A DNA stretch of 64,000 nucleotides, taken from Lingula anatina. Taxonomy: Eukaryota; Animalia; Brachiopoda. Of this stretch, positions 25,368-39,063 are shown one piece after another. The stretch spans positions 2,302,954-2,366,953 of the forward strand of contig CM120644.1 in NCBI GenBank assembly GCA_051362555.1, in the 5' to 3' direction. The notes beneath the pieces are model-generated. The model saw nothing but the letters and a program-made list of their open reading frames with translations. It was not told the DNA's origin and did no database searches. The first letter of the stretch is position 1, and the number at the start of each line of letters is the position of its first letter. Both the position numbers and the translations under genes were made by a program.

Positions 25368-27230
25368 TGCTGTAGAGCACCGATGCACCTTCTGCTTCCA
25401 TCGACTGCGCCGAGCCCTGGTGGTTCTTAGTGCATTCCTCAAAATGGGAAAGTTCGAAATCTACTTCTTCGGCTGTTGTATGCGGCGTTTTATAGAAATT
25501 TTCACATGTTCTACATGCTGAACTCATATAGTGGACGTCCAACACTTCCTCCGTATCTACTGATATCGCCGCAACGAACCCGTGTTTAGAATTGTGGCGG
25601 CTTTGCCATGAGCCGTCTATCGTGATAGCGCAGTCCATAACCTCCCCGGATCGACGTTCCCGCCTTGCAGAAGCTGCTATGCTCGTAGCGCCGCCTTATC
25701 CAAAAATGCACTCAGTCTTGTAGCTGCATGACGACTTTTTCCTATCGCACGCATGCCCAAGACGCTAGCCCCACTTATTAAAAAAATGTCCAGTTCTTCT
25801 AGAGGTCGATGTCCACCCTTCCTCGGACACACCGCCGCAATTAGAGCACACATTCCCATTTCATTTCACTTGACCAACCCTGACGCCTCAAATTCTTTTT
25901 CAGTCTTACCTCATCCCCACACGTGGGGCAAACACAAGTGGCACTGACACTTTTTTGTAATTGGTTGCAGTGCCAAATGCGATATCACTCCGGCTCAGGT
26001 GTAACTATTTCTTCGTCGTCGCTCTCGAACACGATGTCTGCTTTAATGCAGTTACCTAGCGCTTGCACCTTTGGTAATATCTCATGCTCGTCCTCCGCAT
26101 ACTTTGGTCTTCCCCATCCACCTCTTTGACTTTCTCTTAATATTCTCTTACGTTCTTCAGGAAATGTAGTTTTTGATTTTCTCTTTCTTTTACCCATCTC
26201 GACAACGATGTATGCTTACCGACGTAAGACTTTTGAGTTACAATTGCACGTGCTGCTATTTATATAGCACACTTTCAAGAGTGGACTGGACGTGAGATGG
26301 AACTGGGAGATATTATCAGATCGTATACTTTTAATGATGCCTTGCCTGATAATTGCAGATAAGCCGAAATCAAGGTATTTAACTTTTACTGATGCACAAA
26401 TAAATAATTGCAGATAAGCCGAAATTAGTATGGCATGCTAGCAAGACTAGAGCTTGATGTCATCTTGACACTTGCGTTAACTGCGTTTCAGGTGGAAAGG
26501 TTAGATACAGTATTATCATTGTTAATTTTCCAATGATCATTGGTAAGCAGCAATGATTAAGAGGAGCTAGAGGCTAGTAATTACTAGTTGTCATGTTTAA
26601 ATTAGATTAACATGCGCCTCGATGCTAGGCCAAATTGCCCAAGTTGCATAGATTTATAAAATCTGCCGCTGCATAGTGCTGTTGTCGAAGATGGATCGAT
26701 AGTATGACGGTTGCTGTCACAGGTAGCAAGCAACGAAATGTTTCTTTTCTTTTTTTTTTAACAAGAAAATCGAAAGAGCGTTTGTAACAAAAAGAAGTTC
26801 AAGGAGGAACGCGTGCACGGTATTTCAAGCAAATCCAATGTGTCGGAAAAGATTCTCGTTAGCGGTGTCCACACTTAAGAGCGACTATCAAAACAGCTTA
26901 AGCGGAACAATAGGCAATGCTTTGCCGACCGCTGTTTATGACAAAGGGGTTATGGCGCATCCCAGTTCTATTGTTTCTCTAGTCGTGCTGGTGCTGCTAA
27001 GGTCTGCCCACTGAGTTTACCCATGCCAACGGCCCTTGACAACGAAGGCGGGGCATAGACCAGGCCACCGCTGCCGACGTGTGCTGCATCAAAATACTCA
27101 GAAAAAAAACATTTTTTGTTCAAAATGTAAAAATCTTATTCTGTTAAACGTTAGATACACATTTAACCAATAATTAGACATAAAAAACCCAAAATGACGA
27201 TTTTTAGCCATATTTGGGTATATTGCCACC
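24400..27230 (-). mobile_element. Decayed Kolobok/Mutator-like (DDE) DNA transposon with a spliced transposase
   Basis: Fragments read ITIDGSWQSRHNSKHGFV, C-x2-C...NHQGSAQSMEAEGA, LRYNLFVGDGDSSAF and KEECIGHAQKRMG, with splice sites, stops and frameshifts. One terminus GGTGGCAATATACCC abuts TTAA at 27231-27234, where homology to unit 1 resumes. Confidence 0.75.
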
Positions 27231-28048
27231 TTAAGAGATAAGGAAGGACAAGACACAGCACTTTCCCGACCCATCCGGTGCCCGCACCTGCGTCCAATAT
27301 CAAAGCATCTTTGTTTTCCCCAAAAATTAAATCCAGCACTTCAGCAACAATGCCTGGGCCTTTGGGTCGCATTTCCTACCAAAGTCAAGTTTATATTCAA
27401 TTTGATCACGATAAGGAACTAATATGGAAAAATACAACAAAGAAATATTGTTTACGTAAATGTATTTCCTTAAATTATGTATATGTACTGTCACAAGAGG
27501 TATCTATGTATCTATCTATCTATCTATCTATACATGCAGGTGCGCGCGCGCACGCGCGTGTGTGTGTGTGTGTTTTGAAGGGTATATAAGTAAGGGGGTA
27601 AAATTGTAAAAATACTAAATTTTATAATGAAAGATGTCTTACTGCAACATCTAAGTCATAGCTTGGTGCCCACTGGCTGTAAAGGTCCAAGTTTTCTTCT
27701 ACAGTATTGATCGCCGAGTTCGCACCGTCAATCTTAGCCCATACCTCCGCCTGGCGTGTTGTGGACATTTTGAAAAAATCCTGAAATTAGATAATATGGT
27801 ATTTCTTCTAACATCCACTCCCGTTACATGTACATCAATATATTAGTCGAAAAGTATGTATTAAAGTAGCTTGCATGTGGCTTCACGGAATAGACTTCCC
27901 AAAGCTTTCTGCCACTTACGGATTGTATATCCTTTCTCGAGTAAATGTATAAGACGAAAACTGGTATGTAATATTATTTATGTAATTTATAATATATGTA
28001 TTACCAACGAGGAGATGAGGCAAACAAGTGGACACTACAATCAGCTAA

Positions 28049-29300
28049 AGCCTCAGTCACAACCGGCCGTACTAGTTCACGCATAGTTCACGACGAGCTA
28101 ACGAATAGTTTACGAATGCATGTCCAAATTGACACGAACTGGCACGACAAGCCCACGCATAGTTTGCGCATAGTTTTCGCACTTCCCGCATTGGCACGAC
28201 GAGTTTGCGCAATTCGGACGTTGTCGTGCCAACTTGAGCACGCAATATACGTGAGCTGTTGGTGAACTATTCGTGGCAGTTCATAACAGTCGTGGCATTG
28301 CGCGCACTGCCACGCACTGGCATGCATCCTCCCGCATCGTCCCGGCGAGTTCACGACGAGTTCACGAACAGTTTGCGCACAGTTCACTACCCGGTCACGA
28401 AATTTTGTCATGACCAAAATTTTAAACATTTCAAAAGTATCGTCCCGACATAGCACGCAGCCACTGTGGGTTTACGCACACTTCACGCCAGTTTTCGACT
28501 AGTTTGTGCACTGGCACGACTCGAACCGTCCCAATGCGTGCCACAGAATCGTGCAAGTGTCAGCCTTGCTTTACGCAATATCGAGTTCGCAGACAGTCCG
28601 TAAGCACGTACGGAGGATGTTGAACATGTCCAAAAGATTCTACGAATAGCCTGCGAACAGTGAGGCCGCAAGCGTAACGTGCTCCCCTCGCACCGAGTTA
28701 GCAAGAAATACGCGCGTTGTGCAAGACGCACGTCGCAAGCAATGAAGGAGCAAGTGCCTTTTGCGTGTTTAGTAAGGCGCACGCCCTCACAACTAAGAAC
28801 AAAGTCGAGAGAACACCGGGAATGTTTCGCACGTGTGTCACCCCCACGCCTGATGTATAAAAGGCGTGCTCACGACGCACGATCGTGTCTTTACAATGAA
28901 CGTCGACTGTGTAACTTGTACAACAATTTTCACAATTTTCAAATTTTTGTTCAATTTAGTTTCTAATATGCCTCCAAAAGGCAAGAGTGAAGCAAAACTG
29001 TCGCAAACGGGCACTACTTTCGCCGTGCGTTGCATTCCCTTCTTAAGTGGTGAGTGTGTGCCACGTGCACAGGAAGCAAAACAAGCTCAAGAAATGAGTA
29101 CAATTTCCACGACCATCGCTCCTTGCAATTAGCGGCCCTGCCTGAATATTGTATATTGGCGGGATTGGTGACATGAAGGTCGTTCTACATTGCTGCACGT
29201 GAAGTATATCCAGTGCCATGTTTTGATTTAGGGTCACTTATCATCCCCGCACTTTTGGGATAAAAGTAGGTGGTGTGGTAACTGAGTTCATTGTTATAAC
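28049..29300. mobile_element. Transposon-derived insertion (PIF/Harbinger-like end) replacing the methyltransferase upstream region in unit 2
   Basis: Homology to unit 1 breaks at TAA followed by AGCCTCAGTCACA and resumes near 29305. The segment is GC-richer and has many short CACGA/GCACG sub-repeats. The family call is tentative. Confidence 0.45.
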
Positions 29301-29711
29301 ATCGGCACAAGTCGAAGGAGTTTTCATTAAGTTTTCATAAAGCTTCACAAGCACTTTCCAAATATAGTTATTATTAATTCATCATTTGTGTTTTTTTACA
29401 AGTTTCAGATTAGAACAAACAAGATATTAAACGGGAGACGATTTACATGGAAGAATAAGACAAAGTCACACATTTAAAAAAAAAAATATTTCACAATACT
29501 CGGTATATTATGTTCCACTGTCCAGTCAGTTTGACTTATTATAGGCCCAATATGATATTTAATAATTTCATTTGAATGGCTCTCTAATATTTGTAATTAT
29601 CGATAGATTTTTATTTCATATCTGTCGATATTGTCTTAATAGTTTATCCCAAACGTTTTATTTTATCAATAAAATATAATTAACCAGAGGTTGAAAAATA
29701 AAAAAAATAAG

Positions 29712-32142
29712 CTACTTTTTATCCGTCGCATCAGAGTTACACCCGACATGAAGAAATCTGGTTGTTGTGGAAATGCTATCACATACCCTATTAATTCTGC
29801 AACTCCAAAAATATGCCCCGGTACATGTCGCTTCCCAGCGACAGTTATGCTCAGTCGGGCTGTCAGTGATAACGTTTTCTGTAGTCTGCTGATTGAGATA
29901 GGCCGCCACTTCTGCTGGCGCAGGTCGGTAGTCAAGCGAGCTCATGAAGGCGGCGGCCGCCCCGCAACAAAGGCGGCGGCTACTGATGTACTGCTACGTT
30001 GGTCGTAGGCGTCTGGGGAACCGGCAGTGCTACTGAGTATGTCCGTACCCGGAGCCCAAATGTCTACCTCAGGCCCATAGTTGGAATAGATGGCCTTGGT
30101 GTCTCCTACGGCTGATGCACCAACAGTGATGGCGGCTTCCGAACTACCGGGGGATTGGTAATATGACAGGCCATTATTGTTGCCAGACCCCGTTATCACT
30201 GTTATTCCATAATTAGTAAATGAGTGTATAGCAGCATTAAAAGCATCGTTGCGACTGGACTGCAATGCCAGCACCATGATAGACTTCTGACCAGTGGCGA
30301 GTATCGTAAACGCTGCTTGGTACATCCCCCATATTGTCCAACTGACGTACCCAGATCCAATATCATTTTGTATTTTCACGTTGATAAGATTCACGTTCTT
30401 GACCACGCCCACTGTTTTCCCGCCAATTATCCCGGCCATGTGGGTGCCGTGACCATTGATGTCGGTAAAATTCCAGCTGTTCAAGGCTTTGACCCCCGGC
30501 GTAACGCGTGTGGAGCCGTCGCTGTTTAAGAATTCTTGGTGTTCCGCGTAAATCCCTGAATCAAAAATGTAGACGTTAACGTCACTTCCGGTACCCTTGA
30601 CATTGAATTTACCGTCAAGTTGGCCATTCGGTTGATCAATCCTGTCAAGGCCCTATTAGTGGAAAAAGTAGAGTAAAACTTAATCTTGTTTTTATATAAC
30701 CTGTTTATCTTTAGTTCTTAAGAAATAATATATATCAAAACTTACCAGTGACGCTATCGTTCAGATTAAAAGTAACAGCAATAAAGGCAAGCAGCATAGG
30801 TATATTAGACCCAGTCTAAGTTAATAGATCTATATTATATTGGCATATAAAACCCCATAACCACCTATCTGACTTACAAGACCCAATGACTAAGATGCAT
30901 CACTTTTTCATGTAGACCTGTGTTTGTTGGCGAAATATCTGAAAACCATACACACCCAATCTGTTGCAGCCGTCCTCTGTGGGCATACGTTGTTATCCAC
31001 AGGTTCCTCAGCCGCCGGGCACTCACAGGGGACGTGGCATACTGGTGCCTGTGCCGTGGTCACTATACTGTCCTGGTAGATGGCTTCCACCACGTCCACC
31101 CTCCCCCGCAGTAGACGGAGACCCCTGTAGATATACTTGTATTACAATGGACTTCTGTAATTTGCGCAATAAGAAAACTTTGCACAACGGGCCTTCTTTT
31201 ACTACAAGAGTTGAACGCCAAGGTTTAGTCAACGGAAAGTGAATTGGTAAATTTGCCTCACTCGTACTTTAACATTCTCATTATCTTGACTGATAACATC
31301 GACTATCCTTTGGAGATTTGGTTAGAGATTACACAAGTATCTTAGCGAGAATAGGCATTCAAGTAACTAATTCCACATCGGTCTGTCACCAGCTTAAACT
31401 TTTACGTGAAACATGTGTAAATTTATGTCTGATAAATGATCAACAATTACATTAATTATTAATACTGTGCATGGGTATTCCAGAAATAAAGGAAAGAAAA
31501 GAGCTCAGACACATTCTAATTTACTCACTCCTCGTGTGTTTCGACTACGACCATCTTCGTGTCTCCAAAGTCCATCATCACCCCGACCCGAAGGGTCATT
31601 TTCAAAGGCAGAACTACGTCCATTTGTGACGGAATAGAGGTCAGACTTTAAACTATCTACAAACTTTAATGCTGAAAAAACAACAAAGAAATGAATATGA
31701 AATGTAGTTATGAATCTTCAAATCTCTTCTGCATTTTTTACCTCACTCTCAATTCCGGTAACAAAAGACAATATACGCAGCCTTCGACAACAGCTTACCG
31801 CAAGAATTATTTCAGCATCCCTTTTAGTGCAAACAGGGATTAATAAATGTAGACAAGTTTTCCTTTATGAAAATAAGATGCCTAATAATACTAATTGCAT
31901 TCTGCCAGCTCATTTGCATGAGGCTATACCCAGTAAACATAGAACAAACTTATAACGTTATCATAACGTTTATGTAACCTACGAACCCTACTAAAACGTA
32001 AGGGTAACGTTATGGTAACGGTAGGGTAACGTTATTAATTGCTGAACAGTAGGTCAATATAGTCTACGGGTAGGCTAGCAATCCACCGTGTACTTTTGAA
32101 TAACAATGTCAAACGTCGACATATCACGTGGATAATATGAAC

Positions 32143-32187
<45 letters not shown>

Positions 32188-32825
32188 ATTAAAAATAAAA
32201 GCGGAATCACATACCGTTTTGTGGGTCCACTCCCTGCTTTAGTTTGACAATGTAAGTGTCTGGCACTCCGCCGTCCCCAGTGTAGGTGTGGAGTTCAACT
32301 AGAACAGAAAACAAAGGTAAGGTTGTGTCCCTGTAAGGCATCGGCTTCTTTGAGTATATACAACACATGGCAGTGTCGGTATTAGTGCTCTTGTTTTATA
32401 GTGGATCAAATAAATACCATAGTTTACAGAGATTGCGATAGCATACATTTTACAACGCAAGGACATCCATTTTAATTCCGCCATTCGACTGTTAGTGTGT
32501 TTGCAAACAACACCCTGTGTATCACTAAATTGTTTTACTTATTCAGACGTAAGACAATAATCTCGATTGCTAAAGGATCAAATGTCACTCTTCCTCTACA
32601 GATACTGAGTAGTGGTTGGAGTGAAAACTATATATTTGTTTAGATCGGAAATGAAAGAAAGGGGATTGTCGAAGTCGTGCTGGAAAGAGTGCCATACTTA
32701 CCGTTAGTGGCATCTGCGGGGAATATGTTTCGATGACCGTCTACATAAGGCTCAGCAGTGACGGAACAAACCAGATTAGAGAGGAAAAGTATGATAGAAA
32801 TCCCCGCTGCAGTACCAAAGGTCAT
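29712..32825 (-). pseudogene. S8A protease A, unit 2 copy, frameshifted
   Basis: Exons 32825-32702, 32298-32215, 31671-31529 (143 vs 142 nt, +1), 31124-30956 and 30652-29712 (-1 near 29960). SGTS is changed to SSTS. Both indels are in C runs, so assembly error is not excluded. Confidence 0.8.
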
Positions 32826-33510
32826 ATTTATAAAAGGGCTGAAATATTTAGAAAATTATGTTAAATCAAAGCTTATGTGATGGTAGTAATCGAATTGTAA
32901 ATAATGTAGTCTAGTGAGCCTGCAAATGTATTCGTAACATTAAGCGCTCAATAAACTTATTATTACTTATTATTATTATATATATAGACACATCCTATAG
33001 TGGGAAAAAATAAATGACTTGCCGTTTTTCTGCGACGTCAAAATAACCACTTCGTGCCTGCATGTCCTGGCTATAAGTATCCGCTGCATTGATTGCCTTT
33101 TAGGCAGTGCACATTCTTCCAAGCGGCAATGCGGCTAAACTAATTTGTTTTCCGTCAGATCTTTAATCGGAGCTGATCTTTCAGCAACGGAGGTGTTAAG
33201 GCGAGGATTCAATATAGATGCTATCGAATTCATTTGGTATTTTGGCAGGACAACGTGTAATGTCAATGACCGGCTAAATTACACGGCACACAGCAACAGC
33301 GGAGTGGGTGTGCAATTGCGGTCAATGATCAGCTTTCCATTTCCATCGGTACTCAGGGTCCGTGTAACGGAGAGTCCACCCTCCTTTAATTTATAAAAGT
33401 TAGGGTTGAGTCATAATAAAGGGTGAGACTTACCTGTGCAAATTAATGGTTACTAGTCTCTCTACCATGGGGGGTGGGGGGGGGGGGGTACACTCTGTCC
33501 TGTCACACCG

Positions 33511-35359
33511 TGTCCGGAACCACGCAATTTTAGATATAAACGTAATTTAGACTTGAGCTCGAAATGCGGACACCGTTGGATACTTAAGTTAGGGTAACGC
33601 TTTAGTATATAGCCTTCCAGATTCGCGGTCGAAATCTTTACGTCTAGACGCTACAGAGGAAATCCACACTGACAAAAATGACCAGTTTCAATCGTTTAAT
33701 GTGAACTCGTTGCCTGCTCAGGTACATTCTGACTCTCTATTCAATATTACACACTTTTAGTACATACTCCAGCCAATGGCTTCATGCACTTCTTATCACT
33801 GGCTTCTTAATGCGACAGGTACACAAGCCTTACTCAGCCTCTTCAAAATTGACACAATGTATTATGGAGAATAATAAAAGTTATGACTTGAAATTATAGA
33901 CATCGTCCATGAATTATTAAATGTCTCCGACATATTCCTCCCTTTCCCAAACAAAGAAAAATAGAATATTTATGACATTTTTCTTTCTTAATATGTACTG
34001 CATTAAATGGGTTATATTATGTACCTTAAGTTTTAATAATAATGTAAGCAGTGTGTTGAAATTATGTGCCATGAAATATTTACACCAGAATGAAATATTT
34101 ACACCAGAATAGGTATAGTTAAGTAACAATATAAAGAACAGTCTAAAATATTATACATTGAGAGATAGGTATTACAATAGAAATGTTATCAACTCCGTAA
34201 ACATATATACAGTGCAAACTTCAATATTTTTAAACATAAGCATTATCGCCAAAAGGTAAATGCATTGAAAGATTCCCAGTTTATAGTGATGATGACGTCG
34301 TCCGCATCATGTTCATAGGTACGCTATATGGTTTAAGGATGTTCAATACTTCTATAATTATAATGAGTAAGAGCAAGCAACCTCGTGGAGCAAATGTAAA
34401 ACGGTGCTGAGAGCCGGCTGCGCCAGCCTCTCCCTAATTTTTTTTTTTTTTTTCATTTTAGGAAGAGGGACATAGGTTTATCCAATGCTCAGACAGCACA
34501 AAAAAATTATCGAGTTGTCTCTCGACCATTTGCTTTTAACAATTCATTCCTTCTAGAATATGAGTCTTTTGTTATAATCAGAGTCTATATATATTGCGCG
34601 TAGCCAATGCGAAATGACGACGTCCAGCCGAACACAGACGAATCGTAGCCCACCATGACGCTCGGAGTACTGATGATAATAGAGACTTGCAGCTGGGATG
34701 AAGACCGTCGGAGTGCAGCGTAGGTCACAGACGACACCAATTCACACACTCTGGCGTTGTCACATCGTAGCCCCCGAATTAAAATCTGTCCAAACATGGT
34801 GGTTGGTCTGTGGAAATGGGAATTTCCTTGCGCACTAAAAGTACACTCAAAACATTGCATGGTGAATTTCATGAAAATAATGAAGGTTTAATGGAAAGCA
34901 ATTATTGGAAACCGGCATATGTCAGCTCGCCAAAACGTGTCCGGAACCACGCAATTTTAGATATAAACGTAATTTAGACTTGAGCTCGAAATGCGGACAC
35001 CGTTGGATACTTTAGTTAGGATAACGCTTTAGTATATAGCCTTCCAGATTCGCGGTCGAAATCTTTACGTCTAGACGCTACAGAGGAAATCCACACTGAC
35101 AAAAATGACCAGTTTCAATCGTTTAATGTGAACTCGTTGCCTGCTCAGGTACATTCTGACTCTCTATTCAATATTACACACTTTTAGTACATACTCCAGC
35201 CAATGGCTTCATGCACTTCTTATCACTGGCTTCTTAATGCGACAGGTACACAAGCCTTACTCAGCCTCTTCAAAATTGACACAATGTATTATGGAGAATA
35301 ATAAAAGTTATGACTTGAAATTATAGACATCGTCCATGAATTATTAAATGTCTCCGACA
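33511..35359 (-). mobile_element. Non-autonomous LTR retroelement (Gypsy-like), 1849 bp, 422-bp LTRs
   Basis: LTRs at 33511-33932 and 34938-35359 begin TG and end CA, with two differences seen. A 4-bp TSD ACCG lies at 33507-33510 and 35360-35363. The minus strand has a PBS-like TGGCGAGC and PPT TTTGGGAAAGGGAGGAATA. The empty site is at ~11200 in unit 1. Confidence 0.9.
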
Positions 35360-35716
35360 ACCGGGCTATCATTTTAAATACAGATGTAGACGGATAAACA
35401 ATCTGTGTTCATCTTTCAGCTACAAAGGCGTTTAGGTGTATACAGACGCTATCGGCCAGCTAAGTGACCAATACTGATAACAGACCTTAAATAACTGCAA
35501 GGGGTAAAATGTGTACCTACTCCCAGTGGATAATTGCTTGGACTAGACGCCCCTCCCCCTAAATGTGAATAGTTCTGTACATGTAGAAGAATTATGTAAT
35601 CTGGAGCATTGTACATGTACGCCTTCGTGCCTCTCTGATTATTTTGGTACGAGATATCGATTTTACAATTAACGTTATTTTTTCAGAAAAGAATTTCATC
35701 AGCTGTGCTTTGTTAT

Positions 35717-35909
35717 AAGAATGATATCATTTTTTTCTTTAGTCAACAGCTAATATTGAGGTAGTTTTTACCTCCAATATTTTGATGTCTAGCAGGACAT
35801 CTGATTGTTCCTGCTAGACATCGAAATATTTGAGGTAAAAACTCAAAAGTTTTAAAAAGTAAAAATCTCAATATTAGCTCTGGGCTGACGAAAAAATCAC
35901 ATCATTCTT
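35717..35909. repeat. Imperfect foldback/inverted repeat (~190 bp), MITE-like
   Basis: Core arms TTTTTACCTCCAATATTTTGATGTCTAGCAGGA and TCCTGCTAGACATCGAAATATTTGAGGTAAAAA surround an 11-nt loop. Outer arms GCTAATATTGAG/CTCAATATTAGC and AGAATGAT/ATCATTCT extend it. Confidence 0.8.
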
Positions 35910-37815
35910 TTAGCGTTATTTTTTGCAAGAAATAGTCGTGTCGTGTCGTTATTAGCAGGAGCATTTTGTAAAAAAATATCACGACAGAATTGAAAATGTA
36001 ATTACTTAAACAATAACCTTAATGGCCATGCTACGCTATGACTTTGATCTTCAGAGATATGCACCGTATATAAACTTATGCTTTATGAGACAAGAGAAAA
36101 GACAACCAAAATTAATTATCCATGTCCAGAGCATAATTTTGATTTTGCCTCGAATCAATTAAACGTTGATTACCCAAAGCTATCTTTTCTAAATAAAATT
36201 GCATTCATTTGAGATACTTCATCATAAATATCATTTAAGGGGCAACATGGTAAAAGTTGCGGCATTGTTTATTCTGCTGGTTGTTACACTGAGGGTTTGT
36301 GCTCTGGTGAAAAAGTCCAGTCTTGTCACTTTAAATACATGTGCATGGGCATTATAATATAAAACTGTTCACTCGGTTTTGGTAAAAGGTGGTGGATCAT
36401 GTGGTCATCGCTGCAAATTTTTTGTAGCAGTCTTTTACACAACTTGTCACACCGACATTGAAGTGATGCAGTATTGTAAGATTGGAGTGCTTCCTGGTAT
36501 GAGTTTTCCAGACATAACTTGAGGCACTGTAATAGTAAAATTACATAAAATGGTTATAAAGAAAAAAATGTATTGATATTATCATAACAGCACTATTCTT
36601 TAACAAAAATCAACAAATTAGAGGGCATGATCACTACATGATAACCAGCTTATTATAAAGAAGCAAGTCTGATTATGGCAAAAAAAAAAATAAATAAATT
36701 TAAATATCTGCAGCTGCATTAAATCATAAAGGCCACAAGAAGAAATAACATAATCACACATGGTTTCAAAGAACTGATGTAAAAAAATCACACTAATATT
36801 CCCCACTTGGAATTAGAATTTTGACTAGCTAATTTACTACAGTAAATGGCACTGTTCACCCTCTAAAATACCAAAGTTTTAAGCAGGCCCAGGACCCCAC
36901 GCCAACTAGGGGGGGGGGGTCGGCTTTGCATCCGCGGACCCCCCCCCCCCCTTTCAAATAATCCTGGATCCGCCCATGTTATACTGCTTAAATTATTAAC
37001 ATACCTGATCTCTTCACTCGTGCTTGAAGGGGTGTATCACCCAATTCCTCTTCTGAAAGGCTAAAAAATCATTCCTTATAATCATATTCATTGACAATAT
37101 TATTAAATTTACAAATAAGCTAACGTAGTTACGTGCCGTACAAAGAACACCCTCTAACCCCACTAGTACTCGAGTTACATTGTATATCTCATGGGATTCC
37201 CCTGCGAGAATATGGTGTGAGGTTAGTCTGTAAGTACTGGTAGATGACCACATTGAGCAGAAAAGGGTATTCCTCCTGCTTTACAGAACTATACACCTCA
37301 GGGGTAAAGTGCACTATCTCGCTTCATATAACTAGTAGTACGTACCCAGTGCGAGTGATTTGGCTGCGAGTGCGTTACCCGAGGAAACGTTAATTATTAG
37401 CAGTTATCTACGCTTTTTAACTTCCTCTGCCAGACATTTTGATTTCCACTGCCATCTTCCCATTTTAAAGTACTTTTGGTAAATATAACTCGCTTACCTG
37501 CAAAGATTCGGTGAGCAATTCCTCTTCTCCTTCACGTCCACGCTCACCTTCGAAACGACATGCTGTCTGCATTGTTTACATCTCGTATCTGAGTCGAGAA
37601 GCCGCGTTATTTCAAACTGTGTCAAGATGGCTGACGCCCGGGGTTCGAAAGTGGACGGTGAATATGATTCTTTTTTTCGATATTGATTAAGGCCATTTAC
37701 CTGCCATTTTATGCTTTACCCATAGCAATTGTTCTCAGATAAGTTAAAAAAGAAGCAATCCATGCACTAAAAAGGCGTTTTTAATCCTATTTTTTGTCCC
37801 TTTAATTTCCCAAAT

Positions 37816-38115
37816 AGGTAGCCCTTACAGCTCTGCGTTAAAAAGCGCCGCCGCCTACATGTACATGAGTACTCTGGACCACAACCCAACACCTGCAGGG
37901 GTTAGACAACACCTCATTGCCACCTCCATGGATAACGTTGTCACTTACATCCCTGAGAAATATTGTTACAAGGTGACCATCTCCAGAGAAGAAGGCTGTT
38001 ATTGGTGGATGGGAACATGTGAACGGGAGATTTGCTTGCCCGATACCTCTGTAACCAGACTTTTGAACATTGGATGCGACCTGTCACAGAGCAGCATAGT
38101 CACTGCTTGGCTGCA
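37816..38115 (+). pseudogene. Inverted partial duplicate of the 3' end of protease B lacking the catalytic-Ser motif
   Basis: Reads GSPYSSALKS-AAAYMYMSTLDHNPTP...KYCYKVTISREEGCYWWMGTCEREICLP. The 12 codons GTSMASPMVAGA are missing. It is closest to the unit 2 copy (ALKS, HNPTP). Confidence 0.85.
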
Positions 38116-39063
38116 GACTTCCCGCTTTATTGACCGTCTTTACTTACCTCCGTACTTTGGTTTGTTCACTCCCAATGTTGTCGTCAGTATTGTCAGCATT
38201 TAATAGGAAGTAATTTATTCCCCAAATACCACATCTTACCATATGATGCCAATAGAACAGGTATCACTAATCTGGACAAATATTATGGTCAATTTTTAAC
38301 GACCAAACTGTCAGCAGGACTTTTAAGTGCACTTTCAGGTACAACTTTGAGCAGGTAACTGTTGCTCAATTTAATATAATTTAAGAGTAAGGCAGATTCA
38401 GACTCATTTTTGGAAGTGATGTAGACATACCCTGTAATTGGCGATAAAAGGCAAATCAGAATTTTGAGTGATTCAATGCGTAACTGTGGACGATATCTCA
38501 GTCATGATATGAAATAAAATATGATTTGTATTTATTATTATCATTAGTTATCTTTCTGTACATTCCTGTAAACATTATTATATTTCAGTAAACATTAATT
38601 TTTGACTCTGAATTTATTAAGACAAATGTGTTCAGTGTTTATGTTTAAAGCAATTTTCGGTCTTGTTTTGAAAAAAAATGTCTTTCCATCTATGAAAAAA
38701 TGCATTTTAGAAAAAATTACTTTAACATAAAAAACACAAAATCGATTCACACCAAGGTACCATGTAATTTTTCAATTAAAACATGAAGTATTACCAAAAG
38801 GGGTACAAAAACAAGATACACAACAAAGAAACAATTACATTAAATTAGTGGCAAACAAATATTTCGAGAAATAATTTTATAAAACAATCTTGATTATCTT
38901 TAGAGTACCCCAGTCTCACGAGACTGACTGCTACAACAACAACATCGGGGACTTAATATGTGAAATGATTAATTTATGACAGTGACCTGTGCCATAACGC
39001 GTGTTATGAAATTAGAGTTAAAAATACATGAAACTCATGTTGAAAAACAAAGCTGTTATCGTA

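Larger units (their letters stand above)
22478..27768 (-). pseudogene. METTL27-like methyltransferase, unit 2 copy, pseudogene
   Basis: Exons 27768-27643, 27375-27259, 23844-23709, 23329-23237 and 22664-22478 align to unit 1. Lesions: donor GT changed to CT (27258-27257), AAG changed to TAG (23760-23758), 1-nt deletion in the last exon (187 vs 188 nt), and a ~3.2-kb transposon insertion in the intron after coding exon 2. Confidence 0.88.
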
